A DNA stretch of 63,807 nucleotides, taken from NCBI RefSeq assembly GCF_001194135.2, contig NC_068981.1, positions 81,738,394 to 81,802,200 of the forward strand, in the 5' to 3' direction. Positions 11,731 through 25,065 of this stretch are shown here, piece by piece. Within the stretch, counting starts at the first letter, position 1. Each line of letters starts with the position of its first letter. The position numbers and the translations under genes were made by a program. The notes beneath the pieces are model-generated. The model ran no database searches, was not told the DNA's origin, and saw only the letters and a program-made list of their open reading frames with translations. This DNA is from Octopus bimaculoides. Lineage: Eukaryota.

Positions 11731-11957
11731 TACCCAATCCTAAAAAAAAAAAAAGGGGAATAAGCCTGGGTATATATAAAATAAAAAGTATTTAAACACC
11801 AGAGTCAGCTAAGAGTGCCCTCTATTGGATTGATGGATGCATTTCAAACTTGTCAGTTCTTTTAAGGAACTGATACCAATAGAGGCAACTCTGGAGATGA
11901 TGATGATGAAACAAAACTTCCTTTATAATAAATCAGTGAATATTATTTACTGATTGA

Positions 11958-12650
11958 AAAGGTGTTGAGGTGGCAGAGTCATTAGCGTACCAGACAAAAT
12001 GCTGAGGGGCATTTCATTCATTTTTGGATTCTCAGTTCAAATTCTACCAAAGTCGACTCTGCCTTTCATCATTTCAGGGTCAATGAAATAAGTACAGATC
12101 ATCGTTGACTTACGACCTATCTGACTTACGACCTATCTGACTTACGACCTATCTGACTTACGACCTATCTGACTTACGACCTATCTGACTTACGACCAAT
12201 TGACTTTACGATGATTGGTGCATCAGCTCCTGGTAGGAATAATAAATAGTCCAGTTGAAATCTAACGAGTTTAATTTCTTTGAAATTAACCCATCTACGG
12301 GCGATGTCAGCTAACAAACGCTTCTTCTAGGTTTCATTATTGATTGCCACTGTGGTTATCCCAAATGTTGGATGAATATCCTGTCACAGAGACACCGAGG
12401 CAACCTCGTTTTTGTTTATAAGATTGCTTGAGGCTCTGAATTTTTTGACTAACGCAAGTATAATAGTATAATACAGAATGCTGTGTGTGACTTTTACCTG
12501 AGAATGTACCTTAAGAACATAAAAATTTAAAACAAAGTTATGTAGACATATAGGCTGACTTACGACAAGTCGACGACAACCTGTACCCGTCAAGTGTTGG
12601 GCTCCATATAATCAACTACCCAATCCAACAAAATTTCAGGTTGTGCACTT
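11958..12650 (+). mobile_element. SINE family D copy interrupted by a MITE
   Basis: Head gtggcagagtcattagc...gttcaaattc and central gcctttcatcatttcagggtcaatgaaataagta. The sequence resumes after 12585. Confidence 0.7.
12095..12583. mobile_element. pogo/Tigger-like MITE with an internal 16-bp tandem array
   Basis: TA-CAGATCATCGTTGACTT ... AAGTCGACGACAACCTG-TA. (GACTTACGACCTATCT) occurs five times plus a variant at 12107-12201. Confidence 0.75.
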
Positions 12651-13619
12651 AGAGCAGAAAAGGTTATTTACTGGTTATGTGTACTGGCTGCAAAGCTGGA
12701 ACAAATACTCAAGTAGATGCATGAAACAGCGAAGGAAATTATATAAACTTAGCATCAGTTCAAATATGTCAGAGATATTTGAACCAGTTAAAGCACTGTG
12801 GTATTTTAATGTCTTTTTGTCTTAAGCAAGAACGTCTCTTCTCTGACAAATTGCAGAGAAAAACTTTTACATGTTGAGATATCTCACATATTTGAACTAG
12901 TCTTCAATTCATTAACTGTTGTTAAGGTTTAGGTCAATTCTAATAGAGTACTTGTATGATCAAAGGCCGTTTTTGCTATGATTAACCTATTTTCTTAGGG
13001 ATAGATCTACGACAACACAATTGAACATGGTTGTTTTTTATTTTTCTTCATTTTTTTTTTTGACTGAAAATGGTAATGCATGATGTGAGTGGTAATTGGC
13101 TGCTTTTTCTAATAGGTTGAGTGACTATGTAAAGGCTACCTCATTTGGTTACTGTGCTGAATTTGGACCTTACTTTTGAACTGAACTGACCTACGTACTA
13201 GAGGAGGATGTAGTCTTTAGTAGTATTTGTAATAATTTCTAATATTTTAGATATTTGGGTGTGGGAATTAGTCAAACTGACCTTTATATTTGACTGGTAC
13301 TTTTGACCAGACAAATACCGAGATCAGAGGGATAAAAGGTAAAGTTAACACCAGTGGGTTTTGAACTTAGATCGTGAACAGTCAGAATAAAATACTGCAA
13401 ATCATTCCACCAGATGCTCTAAAGATTTAACCATTCTATTACCCTCAATGGCACCTTTAATAAGTAATAGGTTATGGGACTACCAACAAACATTTACTGG
13501 AAAGCTTACTTAATACGCAATTGTTGATTTCACTTATTCTGACTCATGTGACACTGGCTGATATATTGATCTGAAGCAAAGGAGTTAACAGTAAATTTCT
13601 GTGTGTTATCTATTTATCA

Positions 13620-13824
13620 TATACTTGTTTCGGACATTGCTCAGTGGCAATGCTGGGGCAACACCTTGAAAGGTTTAGTCAAACGAATTGAACCAGTATT
13701 TAGTTTTTAAATCTGGTACTCATTCTACTGGTCTCTTACCCAATCACTAAGTTACGGGGATGTAAACAAACCAATACAAGTAGTCAGGAGGGGAAGGGGG
13801 AACAAACATATATACATACATACA

Positions 13825-13871
<47 letters not shown>

Positions 13872-14030
13872 CAGGCTTCCATACAGTTTACATCAATTAA
13901 ATTCACATACACAACGTTGGTAGGCCTGGGACTATACTAGGAGACACTTGCTCAAGGTGCTGCAAAGTGGAACTGAACCCAATACCATGTGGTTGCAAGG
14001 TGAGCTTCTTAACCACACAATCATGCCTGC
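13620..14030 (-). mobile_element. Degenerate SINE family B copy
   Basis: Reverse-complement similarity to 28099-28499, including the internal (CA/TG)n. Confidence 0.7.
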
Positions 14031-14638
14031 ACCAAGATGAAAAAAAATATTGCCACTATCACTACCATTCAAATCACAAAATTACTGACCTTTATTTTGG
14101 CTACATCAGTTATTTGGCACCAAATAAAATGAACACATAGACAAAAGGCAGTTTAACTTCATATATAAACTGTTGAAAGCTCAATAGCTCAATAGCTTGA
14201 AAACTGTTACTAGCATTGCATCGTGTCCTTGCTCATATTGAATCAATCCAAATAGCTGTAATAATTATAAAGAAGTTAGAACAACTGCTTGCTATGATAT
14301 AACTGAAAAGTTTTTGTTCAGCTTAACAGTTTGAAAGTTTTAGCTTTCAGTGCCCATTTCAAGGCCCATGGACCTGAAAAAGTTAACTTTATTGTATTGT
14401 TTCATGATAATTTTATAGATGCTTCATATATGCATTATACCATATGAGATGCTCATGACTAAATGATACTGATGTAAAAAGTTGTGCATCAAAAGAAATG
14501 CATATGTGAAGCTGGTCAAGTTGGTATAGACAGTACAGCATCAGGTTAGATGCTTTCATTATGACAAAGGTAGAGATGATGACAAAAGTTGAAATTTAGA
14601 AAAATAAGGAAAGAAAAACATATTGTGATGTAACTTAC

Positions 14639-14742
14639 ACAAAGTCCATATCCAAGTTTTCTTTACTGGAATACATTGTCTTAGACCGTTGTTTCTTCTT
14701 GCGAACAGGTGCTACCGGAGGTGGCATCAGACTGGATGCTCC
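14639..14742 (-). CDS. sowah: Internal exon (104 nt, phase 0-2): GASSLMPPPVAPVRKKKQRSKTMYSSKENLDMDF(V)
   Basis: Acceptor tttttttttttgttttgaAG and consensus donor GTAAGT at 14638-14633. Overlaps ORF 14635-14826(-). Contains a Pro-rich segment and a basic RKKK patch. Confidence 0.8.
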
Positions 14743-16075
14743 CTTCAAAACAAAAAAAAAAAAGTAAAACAAATTAGAACTACAAAATGAAGCAGCATCT
14801 GATTTAACCAGCTTCCTCAATACCATGAGAGTTAATTTCTAGTACAGCTAGTAATTTGTTTTCCTTTATAAGAAAAAATTTCTACATAACACATAAATAT
14901 CATAAGCTCTTCCATGAAAACAATGTTAAGACGAAAATATTTTTTGTGTGCAAGCATTTTACAAAATTATACAGACAAGATTACATCTGAGATATCACAG
15001 ATCAAATATCCATCCAGTCACAGAAATAGAAGCACTTCACCCTAAATGACAATGTAATTTTAGCTTAATGGCAAATACACAAAACCACTTGTTCATAGAG
15101 TAAAGATTACATTAACACTTGACAGTGAAGAGAAGTGCAGTGCAGAGAATTCAAAGAAAATACATTTAAAAGAACCTCCCCACCCACAAAAATGAATAAC
15201 TTCCACAAACTCCTAATGTAAACTTATATGGAAATTGAAGGATAATGAAATTAACAATGAGCTGGGGCATTGTTGGAACTGTTAGAAATATATTCCAATG
15301 AGAAGTGCATTTTAAATTTGGCAAAGAAGCAAAACCTTTTTGATCAAATGTGTCAATACATTAAAAAAGACCAAAACATACATTTTCATGTGTGTGCAGG
15401 CATTTTACAAAATTTCATCAGCATAAAGTTAACTATTGCCACAATAATAGGTACAGATCATAGGCAACTGGCAGCACAAGTAAATACCTTACAATATAGT
15501 ACTACATTAAATATTTTACAATCAAAAACTCCTGCAATCATCTTGTATGAGCGACAAGTTGGATGGTTCAAAAGTTCAGAGGAGTAAAATAGTAGCAAGT
15601 TTATACAACTTGACATATTGAATTATTATTCTACTATTAATCCAGTACTAGTTAATAAGGCTCTCATTTTTGCTATGCACAATTCGGATTCATCTAGGTT
15701 GGATATAGATTAAATGCTAGCTGCATATAGCACTCAAATAGATTTCAATAACAAATTGAAGTTGAGGTCTGATAGGGCTGGCTGTTTCAACACAGCAATG
15801 GGATCAAGTGACTTAGCACAAATCACTGATCTTGTCAGAATATTTTTCCTATTCCAGATGGAGTCCTAGTTTCTTAGGTTGGGAAGTAGATGGTCTACAT
15901 AGGGATGACACTCTTCATATTAGATAGTTGTAGTAAATTAGAAATAGAGAGATGTAAGAAACAACCATTTAAACTCTTCAAAATTTTCAGACTATAGAAA
16001 ATAATTACTGTAAGGTAAATTTTGTTGACGTAACATTTAGTCTGGATACCAAATTAATTGAACCATACTATAAAT

Positions 16076-16576
16076 CCTGATGTGAGTTGTCTCACTTGCC
16101 TATGATTAACTTTCAGGTGCTTTTAACACCAGACACATTGAGAATATATTCATTTATACCGAAAATGCAGCTGATCCATGAACTAACAATACACACACCT
16201 TATGTAGGTGTGTTTGATTTTGTTTATATACCTCAAGCTGCTTCTAATTCATATTTGAATTATTTTCTATGACATGAAATGTTGGGACATGCCAGCAGAT
16301 GGTTTTCAAACTATTTAGCATATAGTCATAGTTGGCAATATGGCTTGCAGCAGGCCTTGTTCAGCACATGACATTGAAAAGTCACAACAATGACAAAACA
16401 TTGATGCTTGTTGTTCCAGGAAGGGACCTGATGTGAGTTGTCTCACTTGCCTATGATTTACTTCCAGATGTTTTTAACATCAGGCACATTGAGAATATAT
16501 TCTCATATGCCTAAAATGCAGTTGACTCATGAACTAACAACACACACACCTTGCGTATGTGTGTTCAATTTTGTTT

Positions 16577-16581
<5 letters not shown>
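16076..16581. repeat. Local direct duplication of about 155 bp with a 351-bp period
   Basis: cctgatgtgagttgtctcacttgcctatgatt...ttttgtttata at 16076 and 16427, roughly 80% identical by eye. Confidence 0.85.
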
Positions 16582-16664
<83 letters not shown>

Positions 16665-16666
<2 letters not shown>

Positions 16667-16815
16667 GTGTGTGGCCAAGTGCTTGGGGTATTGCACTCAG
16701 GATTCCAAGTTTGTGGTTTCAATTCCCAGACAGGTGGTGCAGTGTGCTCTTGAGCAAAACACTACATTTCACATTGCTCTAGGACACTCAACAGTACATA
16801 GGTAATCCTGCAATG
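16665..16815 (+). mobile_element. tRNA-type SINE (family E) fragment
   Basis: gtggccaagtg...ggtttcaattccc...gtgctcttgagcaaaacactacatttcacattgctct. A related copy lies at about 53620-53880. Confidence 0.55.
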
Positions 16816-17686
16816 CAGGTTTATGCTAGTACTTTCAGCATCATTTGAAAGTGAAATCAATGAAAGAAAATGCATTGTGACTAGCAGTACATAAAAACAT
16901 TCAATAGTCTGGTTCATACAGGGAGAATGTTATATATGATGCAATCATGGCTGTGTGGTGAAGATTTACACATCACAACCACGTGGTTAAATTAATTTAA
17001 CTATTTAGTCTTGCTGACAGCACCTGAAAGCAAGTGTTTTTTACTTCAGTCTAGGGTCACCTAAAGTCTTGTGAAAGAGTTAATTAGACAGAAACTGAAA
17101 AGCCCATTGTGTGTGTGTGTTTCATCATCTTGACATCATACACTAATTGTAAACAAACTTCACAGATGTACATGCGGTAATAGTTGTTTGCAATCATGTG
17201 TGAAAACATGTCTCACCCTTCATAACAGTCACAGTACATACAAAATGTGTATTGTAAAGAAAACAAAAGACACTGAAAGCATTCACAGGTGCTGGGTATT
17301 GTTATCACAAAGAAGGAACACAAAAAGTGCATGAAAAATACATTGGCTTCATTGTAGATAATGTCAGGAATTCCTGTACTTACAGTTCCTTCATAACAAA
17401 CTACAATAAAATAGAAAACACAAATACACACACAAATGTACTACTTATCATCACACATTGCATACAAACACATCATCGACTCTCTATGCAATAAAACAAA
17501 AACACTAAAAATAAAGGATCACTTGGACATGCAAAGGACACAACTTTTTGCCATTGCAAACTCAAACACTCAGAAAGCCTGCTATGAAACAGAAAAATCA
17601 CCTCCAAACATCTACAACACTACTCTCTCTCCCATATACATAAAATAGTAGTAAACTGAAACTCATGATAAACTGTAGACCATTTT

Positions 17687-17730
<44 letters not shown>

Positions 17731-18299
17731 TAGGGTTAAAAAATAAATAAAGTTGGAGAATGCACAAAAGTATATTTTAAAGAATGTTTAATATTTTTGT
17801 TACAGTAAGTGATTTAAAATATAACTGGTTCTGATGTATCCATCTTATCAAATATTAAAAAGAACTTTTTAGGAAGCCAAACAGAAATTTTATTTTTGGG
17901 AGGCGGGGTGTTAACAGTTTGTATCCAGGTTTTTATATACATACATGCATACATACATACAGTATCAAGGATTCGAGAGAGAATCAGGTACTTATATATA
18001 TGTACATACATTTGTGAATACATATTGGTGTACATTCTTTTATTCTTTTATGTATTTCATCCTAAAGGCTGAAGCCATGCTGGGGCACCATGTATCTATC
18101 ATACACACACACACACAATATAGCAATATGTGGTTCTTGAGACAAGGGGTAAGAACAAGATATACTCAGTGTAGAAAACAAGTAGTAGTGTTCAAATGAA
18201 TTTGAACTTAACTCTATGCTATAATGTATATAAATGCCAGCATGTTCCCACCAGTCTAGGGTGTACACTGGCAACACTTGATTTCAAGCACCCCTATGG

Positions 18300-19150
18300 G
18301 CTCACCTGAATTCATTCTCATGTGGAGACTATAAACTCTCTAACTCCTTAGCTACATATTCCATCTCAAGTCCCAGAATATTCCCTATACCTTATCCTGG
18401 TCCACAGTTTGTGGGGGTCTCCCATATAACACTAACCATCATGTTTGTAAGTTGCATTGCAGAGAATCGTTTGCTGCATCAAAATTTTTTTATTGTGCAA
18501 TAGGTTCTCGAACAATCCTCTCGTGTATGCACAAATTTTATTCCACATTTGCCCATTATGTAAAGTTTTTAAGATTTTTTTTTCTAATTGTGGTCAAGCT
18601 TACTTACCACTTAGCTATGCTAGCAGCATTTTCTTTCTCTACTCTTTCTATCTCAGCATATCTTCCTCTCCCACAACCCAACCCATATTTCTTTTGTTCA
18701 TTGCTTATCTCTTCTTGTCTTGCTGTATAGTATGCTACCATCCCTAAACAGATTTGTCTGCTTAGTGAGATTTCCTTGACCACCAGAGGCATTCCTTTTC
18801 ACCACACTGACCTTAACTTTATCCTCTCTCTGTTTCATCTAGTCTGCCTCTGTTCATTCCCCCAACATCATGGAAATCCTCCACCCTCTCCTTGTCTTTC
18901 ATTTCTTCTTCTCTACCTCTGTTACTCTTTCCAACATCATATATATTCTCCTACCTCACCCTGCCTTTTGGTTTTACTTTTCTCCTCCACTTCCTTCAAC
19001 CTTTAAATCTCTGGCACAATTATATGAACTGCTTTTTCCAACTTTTCTCTTGACAAGGGGTGCCAGACTTAATTTGTATTACCTCCATGTGACTGCTGCA
19101 TATCCAAGTCTTGTTGCATATTCCATCTGCAAATTATGGATAAGCTTCCT
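18300..19150 (-). mobile_element. Highly decayed non-LTR retrotransposon, possibly R4/Dong-like
   Basis: Weak motifs only (GCGRGRYAEIE resembling GGRGL..IE). Confidence 0.3.
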
Positions 19151-19243
19151 GAAACAGCTATTGAGTTAAAAAATTATCTATTCTCTTTTTAGTATTTTGT
19201 ATTAATTATGCTCTATGTAAATATATTTGTGTATGTGTGTGTA

Positions 19244-19410
19244 TCATCATCATCATTTAATGTCTGTTTTCCATGCTGGTATGGGTTGGATGGCTTGATT
19301 GGAGATGGTAAGGCCAGGGACTACACCAGGCTCCGTTGTCTGTTCTGGCATGATTTCCACAGCTGGATGCCCTTCCTAACACCAACTGCTCTATAGAGTG
19401 TACCGTGTGC
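19244..19410 (-). mobile_element. RTE-family 3' tail copy
   Basis: Reverse complement of the ggcgttaggaagggcatccagctg...gatgatgatg terminus of 4808-6189. Confidence 0.75.
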
Positions 19411-21199
19411 TTTTACAATGGAAAGTGTAGTACATAGTAATTATAACCATTAATAATACTTAAAAAAAAACAATATAATAGTAAATTTCAGAAAGTATAC
19501 TAGATAAGACTATTTTGTCTAATGAAAGATTTGTGAAACAAATATAATATTAGAATGGAAAAATAAGTGAATAAATATACATTAAACCAACAGAAAACCA
19601 ACAAAATTTGAGTATAAATTCATCAAGCATTCTTAAAGTGTCAACTGACAGCTATGATATGAAATAAGTAAAAAAAAAAATCCAAAACATTACATGCCGA
19701 ATAAGAATAATTCCAGATTATATATATATAAAAAAAAAAATGCTAAGATGAACATTGAAGCAAATCAAACATTTTATAGTTAAAAGAACAGATAGAGAAA
19801 GTAAATTAAGATGTTTGTTTTTCATGGGACAGATTAAAAGTAATGGAAAGACTTGAGTCATTATTCTTAAATACCAACCATCAGATGTTATTAAAAGTTG
19901 ATATTGAAGGAGGGATTGTTTTACTTTGCTTTTATGGTTAAGATACCATGAGGTTTGTATTTAGCTCTCTATCTGTTTGATATAATAAACCAAAATGTTG
20001 AGAATTTCTCAGGTGTTTGTTAAAAATTTCCCTCTGTGCAAATAAGAAATGAATAACAGAAATGCTTAAAAGAACTATATATGTGTGTGAAGAAACTTTG
20101 TGCAAAAAAGGAAAAGTGAAATAAATAAACAATGGGAGTGTATCAAAAGTTAAAATAATATAATGATAGAGACAAAAAAAAAAAGGGATTTGGCAAAATG
20201 AAACCAAAATACAAAGCACAGAATTTTTATTATGTTCAGTAAAACATAAACAGACTAATTCTCTATGAAACAGAGAGAAGAAATGTTTTCACATATATTA
20301 AACAACCACAGAGCATGCATATACTTTACCATTGTGGTGGCATTAGAGTTGAATAGAAATTTATACATACACTACAAAAGAAAAGAGGGTCGAAACATTT
20401 TAACAAGAAAATGTATGACACTGAAATGATATGGGAATTGATGATGATGATGATGATAACATTGCCAATAAGTATAGTCTTTGCAAATTAGGAATTTTCT
20501 TTGTTTTCTTTTAATTTCTCTACTATCCAGTGAAGATTCTATGGTCATTTTACAATCTAGCAGAAGACAATCTTTGCTAACTTAACTGACAAAAAAATTC
20601 AGAGAGCATAGTCAGATATTTATCCCAAAATATGGCAAATCAGCTTCCAATTAATTCAATGTGTGCTGATGACTTGACCTTCTAACATTACCAAATCTGC
20701 TGCAAGTCTTTTGAAGAAGAAATAGTTAAATATCTTGCTAAACAGATTGAAACTCAAGATGCATTAGCTGGGGAAGGGTTACTGACATATGAATTTTAAC
20801 AGTCAATTCATAATTTGATTCATGTTTCTTTATTTGTTCATTTATTTACTGGATTGATCTGGAAGAATGGATTGTAGCCATGATATTTACATGTTCTTTA
20901 ATAGAGGGAATTCCAGAAAAAAATTAGGGAAAATTGTAGTTAATGTAGGGACTGAGTGAAGTAACAATATGGATCATGAGAGGAGGAAAAAAAAAATTGG
21001 GAATGCTTAAATGGAGGTGGCATGAGACTAGCCAGCTCTGAAATGCAGAGGTCGATAGAGCAGCAACATAATAAACACAGAAAAGACACAGCATGGCAGC
21101 AGGACAGAAGTTGGAGTGTGTCTGAGAGTGACTTAAAGCCAACCAGTTGAGTAACCTTTCTTTAGAGATAATTTAAGAAGTCTGCATCAGAAGCAGTAC

Positions 21200-21720
21200 T
21201 ACTGCCAAAGATGTTGGAACAGGACTCCATTGTGAGTTTCCTTTGAGTTTTATAGATGATCAGTTGTTGATTGAGATTGAAATATTTTCTGGTTCTGAAG
21301 AAGGCTGGTCTTTGTGACAGTTTTTGCAATATTATGTATGTGCACTAACTAACAGAGATCAGCATGGATAGATAGTGTCCTAGCATTTGAAGGTTCCGCG
21401 ATGGTCTTAAGTGCATGCTGTTTAAGAGGACAAGTGTTTCCTTAATATAAGTAGTGATAGTGTTCTTGTGCTCTTTAATGGAGTGAAAATTGGCATGAAT
21501 CTAGAGGAGAATGTTTTTAATGTTTTCATGGATTCAATGTTGGCATAAGATGTCTAGGTTCTATGGGGGTGACACCTGAGTGCAGAAGATAAAGAAGGAA
21601 TGAAGGGTTATATCATCTGCTAAGTGTCTCTAGTAGTTAACATTAAGTAGGTTGTTGATGTAAAGGATAACTGGTATCATGCTTTGGCCATGAACAACTC
21701 AATTTGTGCTGGCTAAGTTC
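21200..21720 (-). mobile_element. Decayed CR1/L2-group RT fragment
   Basis: VVHGQSMIPVILYINNLL...LADDITLH resembles GVPQGS...LFINDL...YADD. Confidence 0.55.
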
Positions 21721-22072
21721 ACTTGACAAATAACAGAGGTACATTTCATGACTATAAGCATCAAGAGCACTATAAGATTAACAAGAGTTTTATAATCATT
21801 CAATGCCTAACTGAAATCCTCTTATGTATTTTGTTAAAATATAAAAAAAAATCTGGCAGTGTTTCAATCAATTGTATCACTACTATGCTAGTGGACATAA
21901 TGCAATGATGTCATAAGTAAATGATAAAGTCATAGGTAGGTGGTATGGACATGCTTATGGTGAAAAATGTGTCATGTAATGTAGTTATAACTGAGATAAT
22001 GCTGTGATGACAAGGGAATATAATCATTGCTATAACAACAAAAGTGAGAAATACAATATCTTGAAAGCATAC

Positions 22073-22296
22073 CAGATTTTTTCTGCCTGAGGTTGGAGAA
22101 CCTTCTTGGCTGCTGCTTGGACTTGCGGAATGAGACGATAGGTTGCCACTAAGAAGGTAAAGATCCTCACAAGAACCTCCCCAACTTGATCTCATAATTG
22201 GTTGAGCTTTCATACTGTTTGAAGAGTTGATCAAGCTGCCTACAACAGCAACTCGTTTACTTTTGCGTATGGCTTCAGATCGTTCAAAGTTTTCAT
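22073..22296 (-). CDS. sowah: Internal exon (224 nt, phase 1-0): (D)ENFERSEAIRKSKRVAVVGSLINSSNSMKAQPIMRSSWGGSCEDLYLLSGNLSSHSASPSSSQEGSPTSGRKNL
   Basis: Acceptor ctttctcttttctccattccAG and donor GTATGC. The Ser-rich frame is stop-free, overlaps ORF 21911-22234(-), and has phases matching both neighbours. Confidence 0.8.
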
Positions 22297-23583
22297 CTGG
22301 AATGGAGAAAAGAGAAAGATAAAGGGAAATGAGAAAGCAAAAGTTACCAAAAATATATAGAATGAATGACTATTGAGAATGTAGCTGATTAGCAAAAGTC
22401 TATTTATAATGAAGATGTGAAATAGTCAAGTCTATAGAATATCAGGCAAGCAACTTTTGGCTCACAGAGCCATATGGAGCTTGCCTGATATTTTAGAAGT
22501 TGTTCAGATGTTTTGTTTATCCTGTTTGAGTTAGTTCAAGTAGCTATGGAGAATATTTACCAGATCTTCCAGGAAATGCTATCCATGATAAGAACATAGC
22601 TAGTAATATTGATAACACCACCCAAAACTTCATATCAGGTCACTATGTCTTTGTTGAAGACAACTTTTACAAATCAGGTTCATATAACTCTTAAATAAGC
22701 ACCAGGTTTTGATGTATCTCAGCATTGTCAACACTAAATAGCACTCTGCAATCAATGGAAGCTGTTTCGTACTCTGACTGGGTATATTTTCTTACACAAC
22801 AACTTAGAGTAACCCAATCTATTTTCAGAATTCTAAAATGGAATTGATATTAATGGCCATGTAGTAGATGGAAATTCTATTAACGATGAGTTAGCTCTTA
22901 TTTAATAATTTCAACTGAATATAATGACAAGTAGGTTTATAGGCTACAGTATAGAGGCTTAGAAGTACAGATACCATTTATTCTCATTTTAAGTCATATT
23001 GGCAAATTTTGAAATGATGTTAATGAAACCTTAAATTTGTATAATAATAATTATGAATACTAACAGACATTAAAACATAAAAATATGAGTGGTGGGAGTT
23101 GCTGTAGTTAATTAAACTTACACCATTGTTTTATATTTTTATTTGTTTCAGTCATTTGACTGTGGCCATGCTAGAGCACCACCTATTTTACTGCTTATTT
23201 TACTGATCTAAGTAGGAAGACATTCAAAGGTGAGAGTAAAGTGATGTCAGCAATGCCACTCTATAGATCTGGCCATCCTTCTGTAATAAGGATGAGGAAG
23301 ATAATGATTCCCAAAATTGTTAAGGAAGGATGGATGGACACAGACATAGCTGAATGTTTAAGTTTGCTTTACAATCAGGAGATCATAGGTTTGACCTGAC
23401 TACCACAGAATCTTGAGTTAGTGTTTTCTACTGCATTCTTGGATTGATCTAAACCTTGTGGATGAAACTGAGTAGACAGAAACTGTGTGGAAGCCTGTTG
23501 GATTGTATTGGTAATTCAAGAGCCCAACCTAATCATACAGAGACAATGCTGATTTGACCTGAAAATTACATTACGGATACATA

Positions 23584-23625
23584 TGGCTGTGGAATACTCA
23601 GTCACACTAATTCACTGAGAAAATC
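23584..23625. repeat. Left arm of a perfect 42-bp inverted repeat
   Basis: tggctgtggaatactcagtcacactaattcactgagaaaatc is the exact reverse complement of 25066-25107. Confidence 0.95.
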
Positions 23626-24031
23626 ATTCAGTTGGTTGAACAACTGAATGTTCATTTGTCAAAATTGATAGAAACTCCATTCTATTTAGAGGATGGAGTT
23701 AGTTTGTACATATTTTATTAATCCTGGATTAAAGATGAAAGACAAGATCAACCATGGTGGGGTTGAACGTCAAAGTACCAAAGGATTGAAGTAAAAAGTA
23801 AAGCATTTAGTCGAAAAATTGACACACACTGTAGAGAGGAGTCCATAGCATCTGATTGCTAGTTTACATTAGTAACACTACAGTGATGATAGGTAAAGCC
23901 TGCTTTTAAACATTAGCACAATTCTTGACTGCTACTTATAACAGTATTAGGAGATGCCATCCTTTCCATCAACATCATCATTACCATTCTTTTTACATCC
24001 AAAATATTGTGATAGTTGGAATTTTACTCAC

Positions 24032-24064
24032 CAAATGACTTCACCGATCGAGTTTGTAAAAGTT
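24032..24064 (-). CDS. sowah: Small internal exon (33 nt, phase 1-1) of the same gene: (Q)LLQTRSVKSF
   Basis: Long pyrimidine tract cctttctgttctttttctctttgtAG and donor GTGAGT. It joins in frame to give ...SARCQ-QLLQTRSVKSF-DENFERS... Confidence 0.75.
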
Positions 24065-24363
24065 CTACAAAGAGAAAAAGAACAGAAAGGAAAAAAATAT
24101 TAGATTAATTAGCTGACAATATTGACTTATAAATTAGGTACAAAGTTACACATTTTTTTTAAACAAGGGTATACAGTCAGATATACTGATCCCCAATACC
24201 TGCTTCATTCTAATTTTTTTCCATCTAAGAAAGATAAAAGGAAAAGTCAATCTCAATTTTGGCAGGAACTACTCATGGATTAACAGATAATACAAGGAAG
24301 GAAGGGAATTAGGAATACAGAAAAATTAATATGAAAAACAGGCAAAATATATCAAACAATACT

Positions 24364-24510
24364 TGGCGTTAGGAAGGGCATCCAGCTGTAGAAACTCTGC
24401 CAAATTAGATTGGAGCCTGGTGTTGCCATCCGGTTTCACCAGTCCTCAGTCAAATCGTCCAACCCATGCTAGCATGGAAAGCGGACGTTAAACGATGATG
24501 ATGATGATGA
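24364..24510 (+). mobile_element. RTE-family 3' tail copy with a (GAT)n end
   Basis: Near-identical to 6047-6189. Confidence 0.9.
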
Positions 24511-25065
24511 TATATGTATGTATGTATTTATTAGACATGTATAGAGATAGGCAGATAAATAAGGACAGAGAAACATGCACACATACACATTATATATATA
24601 CACACACACGCACATATATATTTATATATGTGCATGTGGTGTGTATGAGAGATATGTTACTGAAGTAAAAGTGATTGATTTAATGTGTGATGAGCTAAAA
24701 CATGCAAACTAACATTATATTGTTAGAACAGCAGAGAGGTAGTGAGGAAGAAACTGAAGATGTTCCTCCATGATGTTGCTCTGTGTACAATTAGAAATGT
24801 CACAAATGAAAAACAGAGCTTCAATGTGGTTGCTCATCCTGCAAGAACTTGTGGTAAAATCACCCTCAATTCATACCCTACGCTTTTAAAGCAGGATGCT
24901 TTGTAAAATATAGTCCTTAGACATGATGGTTACAGATAGAATGTCTTTGATCAGGAGTCACCCCATTGTTCACCTAAAACAACAGTGGAAATATCAGAAG
25001 CTAATTGCCACAGTATCACTGTAAAACAAAAATTTTCAACTGGAGTTGTAACCCCAACAATGAAG

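Noticed and set aside
12107-12201. CRISPR-like regular repeat
   Set aside because: The units are contiguous with no spacers, there are no cas genes, the context is eukaryotic, and the array lies inside a MITE.
15270-15587. 105-aa plus-strand ORF
   Set aside because: It has no recognisable domain, starts at TTG, is AT-rich, and lies antisense within an intron.
16438-16805. ORFs rich in YI, CV, HT or poly-I (also near 34210-34478, 61549-61818, 62129-62489 and 63317-63802)
   Set aside because: They are translations of (TA)n, (TG)n and (AAT)n microsatellites.
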